The position numbers were made by a program, and so were the translations under genes. The notes beneath the pieces were generated by a model that had not been told where the DNA came from, searched no databases, and saw only the letters and a list, made by a program, of their open reading frames with translations. A stretch of 17,841 nt of DNA from Candidatus Thorarchaeota archaeon (GTDB taxonomy: Archaea > Asgardarchaeota > Thorarchaeia > Thorarchaeales > Thorarchaeaceae): NCBI GenBank assembly GCA_016840855.1, contig JAEORO010000129.1, positions 1 through 17,841 of the forward strand, in the 5' to 3' direction. Numbering within the stretch: position 1 is the stretch's first letter; each line of letters opens with the position of its first letter. Shown here piece after piece: positions 8,622 to 16,004 of this stretch.

Positions 8622-9152
8622 CTAATCCGATGCTTTTCTAAAGTTATGTTGGGCAATGGCAAGGAACTCGTTGCCTTCAACAATATAGTAAGTACGACTT
8701 ACATATCCACCATAACTTATCAGACTGTGTTCAAAGATGGTTCCATTTTCGAAACGATGGGCAAATATTGACTTTGAGATGAACTTACGATTCAACCCCC
8801 ATTGTTCATGAAGTCCATTGATTTGGGCAATCTGGACCTCCATCACATCTTTGCTGTCAGGTTTCTTGGAGATCTTGTCAATTCGCTGTTCATCAGTGAT
8901 TTGAAAACCACCTCTCTTTAGAAGATAAGATAACACAGTTTGTACAAGCTCATCTCTTCTGTCAGACCTAATAGTACCTTCGTCTCTATCCAAAATTCCG
9001 CTCCCTATGACTCTAACCCCAGGAGTTAACGAGCGTTCCTTCCTGCGTCTAGCGATGATTGCACTCTCACGCACAGCCTTCGCTCGTTTTCGGGCTTGTT
9101 CCTTCTTTCGTTCCAATCCAACATTGTTCTTAGTGTAATTAGGATCTGACAG
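8622..9152 (-). CDS. Hypothetical protein with a basic helical N-terminus; probable CTG start at 9152 (track start is TTG at 9116)
   Basis: The ORF fills the gap between fdhD and the ICMT gene. The frame is open up to CTG 9152, which lies 8 nt downstream of GGAGGT (9161-9166, minus strand). No family recognised. Confidence 0.6.
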   Translation of the reverse strand: MSDPNYTKNNVGLERKKEQARKRAKAVRESAIIARRRKERSLTPGVRVIGSGILDRDEGTIRSDRRDELVQTVLSYLLKRGGFQITDEQRIDKISKKPDSKDVMEVQIAQINGLHEQWGLNRKFISKSIFAHRFENGTIFEHSLISYGGYVSRTYYIVEGNEFLAIAQHNFRKASD

Positions 9153-9264
9153 GGTTCAAAACCTCCTGAGCGGGTTTGATGCAAAATACAACCGAAGATA
9201 ATTCTTGTCTATCGAGCGGTTTTACAATGGATTTTTGCGAAGACCATAGTCTTGATTAAAAAAG

Positions 9265-9286
9265 ATTATGAATCATGAGTCATAAT
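9265..9286. promoter_or_regulatory. 22-bp near-perfect palindrome, candidate operator
   Basis: ATTATGAATCATGAGTCATAAT matches its reverse complement at 20 of 22 positions. It lies in a divergent intergenic region and ends 33 nt before ATG 9320. Confidence 0.55.
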
Positions 9287-9288
9287 AT

Positions 9289-9309
9289 AGAGCTCAGAGC
9301 TTAGAGCTT
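9289..9309 (+). repeat. Three tandem 7-bp units AGAGCT(C/T)
   Basis: AGAGCTC-AGAGCTT-AGAGCTT read directly, between the palindrome and the start codon. Confidence 0.7.
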
Positions 9310-9319
9310 TTAGGGATGA

Positions 9320-9805
9320 ATGGTAATGCCAGAATATAAGCATGAACATTTGACTGGTGAAATGCCGGGTAGCCATAGGAATCAAATGATCTTGATGATT
9401 GTGTTTTTTGGCGTGTGGATTGTAGACTCCTTTGTATTCAGAGTCACGACATTTCTATGGAGCTTCGATTATTGGTGGCTTTTCGTTGTGACTGGAGCTG
9501 TAATCATCGTGCTAGCAGCATATCTCATGGACACCTCTCACAAGGATCTCTTTGATGCCCATGTGCAGGGACTGGCAACCACAGGTGTTTTTGGCCATGT
9601 GCGTCATCCAATGTATCTCGGAACACATCTATTCTATCTTGGGCTTGCTGTTGTGACATTCTCTCTTGTTTCGATAGTAATGTGGGTGATTATCTTCGCA
9701 TTCTACAATATGCTTGCAAATTATGAGGAGAGGCAATTAGAGGAGCGGTTTGGAAGTCAGTTCCTAGAGTACAAAAGGAATGTGAGAAAATGGATTCCAA
9801 TTTAG
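9320..9805 (+). CDS. Isoprenylcysteine carboxyl methyltransferase / PEMT-family integral membrane methyltransferase
   Basis: Signature TTGVFGHVRHPMYLG and C-terminal EERQLEERFG..F.EYKRNVRKWIP, with several TM segments. Confidence 0.9.
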   Translation: MVMPEYKHEHLTGEMPGSHRNQMILMIVFFGVWIVDSFVFRVTTFLWSFDYWWLFVVTGAVIIVLAAYLMDTSHKDLFDAHVQGLATTGVFGHVRHPMYLGTHLFYLGLAVVTFSLVSIVMWVIIFAFYNMLANYEERQLEERFGSQFLEYKRNVRKWIPI

Positions 9806-9811
9806 CATGAG

Positions 9812-10492
9812 CTACTGTCTATGTTCTTTTGCTAGCTTTCCATATTTCTGAGACTTCAATTTACAAGACTCAGCTTTCTCAACAACACCTTCGGCTTGAT
9901 AAATCCGCGATAGGAGAGAGTATACAGTCCTGAGACCTGCATAATTCTCTATACCACTAAGCACGCTCAACGCCTTATTTGCAACTTCCTCAGCTTGACT
10001 GTATAAGCTCTTGCCAAGTAATATGTTCGCTCTAACGATTAGAGTCCATCCATAGACCTGAATCACATCTTCATCTTCAGACTCATACTGGGTTTGCAAT
10101 ATGATGTCTGTGAAATGGGCTTCAGCCTCAGGAAACATGCCAGAATTTAGTAGAGCTACGCCAAGAGCTAGTTTGGATCGAAGAACTTGCACGCTGTCTC
10201 CTGATTCCTTCGCGAGTTTCAAAACCCCTTCTGCTCTTTCAATCGAGCCTTCGGATCTATCAAGACTCTCTAGCGCATCATTGATTCGCATAAGACAGTA
10301 TGAGAGGACCCTTTTTTGTTCCTTTTCGGTTTCTCCGTTAAGACCCTCTAATGATTCTAAATCGTTCTTAGCTTGTTCATAGTTTCTAAGTGCCTTTTCG
10401 TAGTTCTCATTATCTAGACTAATCCACATTGTTTCCTCAATGAACTCCTCAATTTCCCGAATTTTACGAATTTTATCCTCTAGACTGTCCAT
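9812..10492 (-). CDS. Tetratricopeptide-like alpha-solenoid protein
   Basis: Repeated helical pairs such as LGVALLNSGMFPEAEAHF, ANILLGKSLYSQAEEVANKAL and LSRIYQAEGVVEKA. Confidence 0.75.
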   Translation of the reverse strand: MDSLEDKIRKIREIEEFIEETMWISLDNENYEKALRNYEQAKNDLESLEGLNGETEKEQKRVLSYCLMRINDALESLDRSEGSIERAEGVLKLAKESGDSVQVLRSKLALGVALLNSGMFPEAEAHFTDIILQTQYESEDEDVIQVYGWTLIVRANILLGKSLYSQAEEVANKALSVLSGIENYAGLRTVYSLLSRIYQAEGVVEKAESCKLKSQKYGKLAKEHRQ

Positions 10493-10540
10493 GCTACATC
10501 ATCCTTTCTCTTCGATTCTAGATTCAGATGGAATTGATGT

Positions 10541-10960
10541 CTATTCTCCTATAATCTTGATGAGGACGCGTTTGGACCGTCGACCATCAAACTCGCCATA
10601 GAAGATTGCTTCCCAAGGTCCTAGGTCAAGGCGTCCACTCGTAATAGCGATGACAACCTCCCGTCCCATGATTTGCCGCTTATGATGCGCATCTCCATTG
10701 TCCTCTCCGGTCCGGTTGTGCTTGTATCGACTGATAGGCTCATGAGGGGCAATCTCCTCGAGCCATAGTTTATAGTCGTCGTGAAGCCCACTCTCATTGT
10801 CATTGATGAAGACACTGGCTGTGATATGCATGGCATTTACCAGACAGAGGCCTTCTTTGACACCACTCTCTCTTACTGCATCCTGAACATCAGGAGTAAT
10901 ATGAACGAATTCCATCCGAGTAGGTACATTGAAGGTCAGGTATTTTGTGTGGCTTTTCAT
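10541..10960 (-). CDS. yjbQ: YjbQ / UPF0047 family protein (secondary thiamine-phosphate synthase-like)
   Basis: Motifs [31 protein letters not shown] and [19 protein letters not shown] 10960 (MKSHTK) fits the usual family length better than the 11002 start. Confidence 0.93.
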   Translation of the reverse strand: MKSHTKYLTFNVPTRMEFVHITPDVQDAVRESGVKEGLCLVNAMHITASVFINDNESGLHDDYKLWLEEIAPHEPISRYKHNRTGEDNGDAHHKRQIMGREVVIAITSGRLDLGPWEAIFYGEFDGRRSKRVLIKIIGE

Positions 10961-11039
10961 GATGTCTTCATCTTGAAAGGATGGTAAAAAGTTTGTCAAC
11001 ATCAGCTGTCCGAGAGGAGATATGAATGACCAGAATACA

Positions 11040-11879
11040 CTAGAAATCTGTGACTCTCAACTCTTTCTCAGATTCAATTGCATCCTCGGGGCAGTTCCTG
11101 CTACAAACTCCACATCCATAACACTTCACAGGATTAATTCTTGCAATTCCCAGCTTAGAATCGAGGTGGATCGCTCCAAATGGACAAACTTGCACGCATA
11201 CCCCACAACCCGTACACTTCTGTTCATTGATTTCCGTCAGATAATGGCTCTTATGAAATGGCTCGGAAATTCCAAGTCGGAGGCGGTGCAAGTATGGATG
11301 ACATACATCCATATCACAATTGCACACCATTCCTACATACGGGACACCAAGTGCAGAAACTGCATGAACTATAGGTGCATCGTTTGCCATGTTAACAACG
11401 ATGTCACTAGCTTCGTCAGGGGTGAGATATTCATGTTTTCCGCCAAGGTAATCAGGAAATTGTCGAGTATACAAACTAGTGAATGCCACCCCAAAACAAT
11501 GAAGCATCTTCTCTTTACCTAGGGCACTGTGTCGACAGATGCAGGGAAACCGAACGACTGAACGTTCATCCTCTTCTGTTTCGGCACTACACAATTTCAG
11601 TATCTCTAATACTTCTCTAGTTGTCACGACTTGGTGATGAAGATATTTCTTGTATCTATCTAAGACTCGTTCTTTCTCGTCTGGTAAAACCGGTCGAGCA
11701 ATTCTAGACATCATGCTAGAAAATCCATCAGGACCGGAAGGCACATTTCGTGCGAAGTAGGATTCAGCGAAGTCACGTACGAAATCGCTAGTAGCTAGCT
11801 CCTTCGAGAGGTTCCTAACATTCAAGAACCATCTCTTACCAGCCCCATGTTGGACACAATACTCGCACATGGATTCCAC
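11040..11879 (-). CDS. Multi-cluster Fe-S protein with a C-terminal 2x[4Fe-4S] ferredoxin domain
   Basis: Two ferredoxin motifs, [12 protein letters not shown] and [12 protein letters not shown], plus CEYCVQH, CICR and CNCDMDVC. The start may be ATG 11870. Confidence 0.88.
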   Translation of the reverse strand: MESMCEYCVQHGAGKRWFLNVRNLSKELATSDFVRDFAESYFARNVPSGPDGFSSMMSRIARPVLPDEKERVLDRYKKYLHHQVVTTREVLEILKLCSAETEEDERSVVRFPCICRHSALGKEKMLHCFGVAFTSLYTRQFPDYLGGKHEYLTPDEASDIVVNMANDAPIVHAVSALGVPYVGMVCNCDMDVCHPYLHRLRLGISEPFHKSHYLTEINEQKCTGCGVCVQVCPFGAIHLDSKLGIARINPVKCYGCGVCSRNCPEDAIESEKELRVTDF

Positions 11880-12113
11880 TTTCTCATTGATACTTCAAAA
11901 CTGTCTATTACCATTCTAGTGACTAGATTGAATTCACTAATCTATCAGAGTTATTGAATACTCCCCTATGCGTATCTCAAATTGAAATGAAATTCAATGG
12001 ATCTTAGAGTACACCTGAATCTGGACACAGTTTCTTAAGACCACTCAAATTTTCGAAAAACCAGCGGCAGACCTAGAAGTGTAGATTTGTAGTTACATTA
12101 TGGAGGACCATGA

Positions 12114-12995
12114 ATGAAGATGCTTTCTTTATCGACTGGATCCCTTGCTCATTTATTGGGGAAGGAATACTACGATTTCGAAGCTATTACGTCACTCATG
12201 AACACTATTTACGTACGGTCGAAAATAGATGGTTTTGAGTTTCAGAAAATGGCTGAGTGGGACTCGGTCGGTCCTCCAAGAGATGAGTATAGAGAAGGAA
12301 GGCAAGTTGGATTCCGCGCTAGAGCATGGAAATCCGCTTCCAAATACACTCCACAAAGGATTGCACACGCAATAAGGAAAATGGGTATTCCAATCCTATC
12401 AGTGCATGCAAATAGAGATACAGGTATTTGTATCTGTTCGGGTGGAATTGGTGATATCAATAGGGGTAAGGAGATAATTCGAGAAACACTTTGGCTATGT
12501 AGGGCATTAAAATCTCAAATAGCAGTTTTTCATTACTGGGATACATGGGCAAATCAAATCGATATTGCACTGTTATGTCGTGTATTGGATCAATATCATT
12601 CAAGATATCCTAACGTTAAGGCATCTATTGAAAATATACCAACATGTGCTGAACAACTTACACCATTTGAACTTGTCAGCCACTTCAACTCCATTACCTT
12701 GGACACACGATGGGCATGTATGTATGATGAGCTTGAGCAATTCTATGACTTAGTTCCTCGAATTGTGAACATACATCTACGAGGCAGGTTGGATGGAAAG
12801 CAATGGGTGTTTGATTCATCAAATTGGACCTTTGAACAGATTATCAGCTTGATTAGAAACAAATGGAAGTACTCAGGACTAATTACGCTGGAACCAGAAG
12901 GAGGATATCAAAATGCTACCCTTGAAGATCTTGTGGACGCCTTGAAGACACTTAGGAAGAAGCTTGGATATTCTATGAAAAGTAAAATCCAGTAG
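12114..12995 (+). CDS. Xylose-isomerase-like / AP-endonuclease-2 TIM-barrel protein
   Basis: Strand-end motifs GFEF, ILSVHA, AVFH, SIENIP, TLD, NIHL and YSGLITLEP. Confidence 0.75.
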   Translation: MKMLSLSTGSLAHLLGKEYYDFEAITSLMNTIYVRSKIDGFEFQKMAEWDSVGPPRDEYREGRQVGFRARAWKSASKYTPQRIAHAIRKMGIPILSVHANRDTGICICSGGIGDINRGKEIIRETLWLCRALKSQIAVFHYWDTWANQIDIALLCRVLDQYHSRYPNVKASIENIPTCAEQLTPFELVSHFNSITLDTRWACMYDELEQFYDLVPRIVNIHLRGRLDGKQWVFDSSNWTFEQIISLIRNKWKYSGLITLEPEGGYQNATLEDLVDALKTLRKKLGYSMKSKIQ

Positions 12996-13131
12996 AGCTA
13001 CATGACATGATATTCCTTCATGATTAGATGTGTTAACTTAATGAATTATTGATATTTTGGAGCTATGACCTTAAGAGGGTAAATCCTCGGGACGCTGATT
13101 CGGTGATCAAGTCAAACAGGAGATTCGTATC

Positions 13132-13629
13132 ATGGGAAACAGGTCCAGTGAACTATCAATTACAGAAAGAGCAGGGAGGATGCTGAATGCGATTCTCAAG
13201 GCACTGGAAAAAGAACGTGTGGAAGTGAAAGAGAGAGTTATGATGGCATGTGGGAAGGAATGTGCCAATTTACCTTGTCCACCAAATTGGATGGTAAGCC
13301 TCAACACAGTACGTCAGATTGCTCGTCAAACAAGAATTACCGAAGAACGAATCAGCCTACTCAATCAAGAAGTACCTTGGTGTGGAAACTGGACCCTTGA
13401 AAATGGTGCGATAACATCAGAGTGCACAGAGTGTGGTTGTTTGCTCGTGCAAGCCAATCTTGTTAATCACAATAGAACATGGTGTGATTGTTCACTAGGT
13501 TGGGTAAGGACAATCTTTGAGGTTCTACTTCAGAGTCAGGTCGATGTTGAGCTTGTTTCTTCGATTGGGCGAGGGGATGCGACATGTCAGTATAAAGTAA
13601 GGCTTGCTCCAAAATCCATCTATGCATAG
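13132..13629 (+). CDS. Cys-rich V4R-like (DUF6144-like) small ligand- or metal-binding protein
   Basis: Motifs CGKECA, CGC, WCDCSLGW...FE.LL...V.VEL..SIGRGDATCQY. SD-like GGAG upstream. Confidence 0.7.
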   Translation: MGNRSSELSITERAGRMLNAILKALEKERVEVKERVMMACGKECANLPCPPNWMVSLNTVRQIARQTRITEERISLLNQEVPWCGNWTLENGAITSECTECGCLLVQANLVNHNRTWCDCSLGWVRTIFEVLLQSQVDVELVSSIGRGDATCQYKVRLAPKSIYA

Positions 13630-13714
13630 AACGAAGATATGAGTCTAAACATGCTTTGATGACAACCGTGGTATACGAATTAAGAGAGAATTGAATAAGA
13701 CACAATGATTTCCA

Positions 13715-14530
13715 TTATATCTGAAGTCTCAATCCATCGTAGGCAAACCGCAATCCTGGGTTCTGCTTTTCAAGAGCCACCCTCTCAGCGTGATTGAAAC
13801 CAGCTATCCATCTACTATTTTCCCATCGATGACATGACAAATGAGTTAAGATACAATCCGGGATGCTTGTGGTCTTCCAGAAGTTGATAGCGTCTTGTAC
13901 TGCGAAATGCCTCCATTCAGTATCTATGGAGTCGAATGTTGCATCAAGAACTAATATGTCAGCACCACCAATCTTCCTGCAGGTATCCTCCGGGGGCAAT
14001 GCTGTATCTACTAGGTATGCAACTCTGATTTTAGAATTGAATATGATACCAATGCTATGTTCAGTGTGACTGGTCTTCACTATTTCGCAATCAATATCTG
14101 GGAACCTGATAATATCACCAGGATGTATTGGATGTAGAATAATTCGTTCTTTCAAGAATGCAAGTTCATGGTCGAAATGGCACGTCAGATTTTCTGGGAC
14201 ATAGACATCTACTGGATCCCAACCACACATTATCTGTGGATACCCAATTGCACCTAGCCCTGCAATGTGGTCATAGTGCCAGTGCGTAATTATGATGTTG
14301 TCAATATTTCCAATTCTCTCACGCTCCAGTTGTATCTCCAAATCAGGTCCTGCATCTACTAATGTCACCTCTTCACCTGCAATAGCGATAGATGCTCTTG
14401 TCCTGCGCTGTAATGGTGATTGACGTGCTTCATTACATACAACACATTGACAGAAGAAATGGGGAAGTGCAAACGGACCGCCAGATCCTAGGAAAATGAG
14501 TTCTTTTGCTCGTTCGGTATCCATATTCAT
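13715..14530 (-). CDS. PhnP-like metallo-beta-lactamase-fold phosphodiesterase
   Basis: FLGSG, structural-Zn motif CQCVVC, RRTRASI, LVDAGPD, THWHYDH, THLS and C-terminal FAYDGL. No phn operon in the window. Confidence 0.88.
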   Translation of the reverse strand: MNMDTERAKELIFLGSGGPFALPHFFCQCVVCNEARQSPLQRRTRASIAIAGEEVTLVDAGPDLEIQLERERIGNIDNIIITHWHYDHIAGLGAIGYPQIMCGWDPVDVYVPENLTCHFDHELAFLKERIILHPIHPGDIIRFPDIDCEIVKTSHTEHSIGIIFNSKIRVAYLVDTALPPEDTCRKIGGADILVLDATFDSIDTEWRHFAVQDAINFWKTTSIPDCILTHLSCHRWENSRWIAGFNHAERVALEKQNPGLRFAYDGLRLQI

Positions 14531-14720
14531 GTGGTAACCGCCTTTACATAATCACTGTTGAATTGAAATTACTGACAGACTCATTAAATCAACTGGTTCC
14601 AGCTGAGATTGAAGCTTTCTACCATTTACACCTAACAGCTTAGGCTAATATTGTATTAAGTCCGAACTGTAAACATGATGGTGCGTATAGCGATCCGCAG
14701 CAAAGTGAGGTGTGGTTAGG

Positions 14721-15821
14721 TCATCTTGCTTTGAGCCAGTTATGAAGCCACTCAAAATATTCAGGACTCTGCGTTATCCACTTACCTTCTATTGCTTCAT
14801 ATAAATCGAAGAGTCGAGCTGAGCCAAACGATACAGTATCATGAAGTATCTGGACAGATATTGAGTCTGCAAGATGACGCATCTTATCCAGACCTCTGAA
14901 AAACCCAGCAATGTCACTCGTTGAGAGTCTGATTCTCATACCTATTTTTCTAGGTGATTCAAAGTAGGTGTCCAAAGTATATGGTAATTCGTAGAAACAA
15001 GTGAGAATCTGTCCCACGGGAGAATTCGACTCGATAAAGCACATTAGAGTTAGTGTATCGCTAAAAGGTGTGAAGATGGGTTTGTGACCTTTAATGACCT
15101 CGTGTTCCTGAAGTCTTTGGAACCGTTTTCGAACCTGAGATGTTGAGAGACCCAGCTTGACTGATAGGAGTTTCTGTGTCGCATTACTGTTTTCGTGGAG
15201 TATCTTTAGAAGATGCACATCCTTTGAGTCAAACGGAATCTGATCTTCTTCTTCGAAACCTATCTCAACACTAGTCTTCCCACGCTTTAGAATAAAGTCA
15301 ATCCGATGGTACCATGTATTCCAGTCCCAGTTCCATCTACCGGTAGAGTCAAACTTGGAGAGGTCTAATCCTTTAATTGAGTAGCTCAAGAGGTTAAAGG
15401 TCAGATAGTTTGATATCAAGCCTGCGTCTTTAAGTGACTCAAGGATTTTGATATTCGTAGTTGGACTTTCGAGTGGATAAATGATATTCATGAGGTACCC
15501 ATTCATCTTGCCATAAGTAGATGAGTACCATCCAACGATTGGAGTCTTTGCAAAGAACTCCGTTGGGAATGGTTTCTCACTGGAAGAGAGATCAAGAACA
15601 ACAATTTGTTCACCAAGACCAATCTTTCTCTCATATGTGAAGTACCTGAATGGTTGTAGATATCCTTGTGCCCTCAACCGTGACAGTCGATATCGAAGGG
15701 TTCTTGGTGGAATCTTTAATGTCACGCTCAGCTCCTTCATTGTAGCTTTTGGTCCATATTTATCGAGAGCCCTGACAATTTTCAAGTCCTTCATATCAAA
15801 TGAGGCCTGACTTTTCGCCAA
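14721..15821 (-). CDS. Duplicated winged-HTH / Lrp-AsnC-like transcriptional regulator
   Basis: Two HTH units (DMKDLKIV...ELSVTLKIPPRTLRYRLSRLRAQGYL and DSKDVHLL...LSVKLGLSTSQVRKRFQRLQEHEVI), each followed by an alpha/beta domain and joined by a WNWDWNTW linker. TTG start. Confidence 0.85.
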   Translation of the reverse strand: MAKSQASFDMKDLKIVRALDKYGPKATMKELSVTLKIPPRTLRYRLSRLRAQGYLQPFRYFTYERKIGLGEQIVVLDLSSSEKPFPTEFFAKTPIVGWYSSTYGKMNGYLMNIIYPLESPTTNIKILESLKDAGLISNYLTFNLLSYSIKGLDLSKFDSTGRWNWDWNTWYHRIDFILKRGKTSVEIGFEEEDQIPFDSKDVHLLKILHENSNATQKLLSVKLGLSTSQVRKRFQRLQEHEVIKGHKPIFTPFSDTLTLMCFIESNSPVGQILTCFYELPYTLDTYFESPRKIGMRIRLSTSDIAGFFRGLDKMRHLADSISVQILHDTVSFGSARLFDLYEAIEGKWITQSPEYFEWLHNWLKAR

Positions 15822-15915
15822 GTTTTCACATCCTTTCCGTTGAGCTTGAACACACTGACTTTTGCGTGTCAGCCTGCATGAAATACATTTGCATCGCGAT
15901 TTATTCGCCCATGCT

Positions 15916-15951
15916 ATAACGGCAAGATTCTTATGGCTTTATTGCCGTTAT
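15916..15951. promoter_or_regulatory. Operator candidate 1: ATAACGGCAA-N16-TTGCCGTTAT
   Basis: Perfect 10-bp inverted arms at 15916-15925 and 15942-15951, between two divergent regulators. Confidence 0.75.
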
Positions 15952-15966
15952 TGATAGTAGACAAAT

Positions 15967-15994
15967 CGGCAATTATTTTACGATTTTATTGCCG
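15967..15994. promoter_or_regulatory. Operator candidate 2: CGGCAA-N16-TTGCCG
   Basis: Same hexamer arms and the same 16-nt spacer as site 1, offset by 47 bp. Confidence 0.75.
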
Positions 15995-16004
15995 GAGTGT
16001 GAGA

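Noticed and set aside
9150-9166. GGGTTCAAAACC resembles a tRNA T-arm
   Set aside because: The stem is imperfect and no D-arm, anticodon arm or acceptor stem is present. The segment is better explained as the minus-strand SD and start.
11022-11522. 166-aa plus-strand ORF
   Set aside because: It is an antisense shadow of the motif-rich Fe-S gene and has no recognisable features.
14675-14710. ATGA...GA-flanked weak hairpin considered as a SECIS element
   Set aside because: Pairing is poor, it is on the strand opposite the flanking genes, and there is no selenoprotein candidate nearby.
15933-16004. N-terminal extension of the PadR ORF from ATG 15933
   Set aside because: It runs through both palindromic operators, lacks an SD and does not resemble PadR. 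It is more likely promoter DNA.
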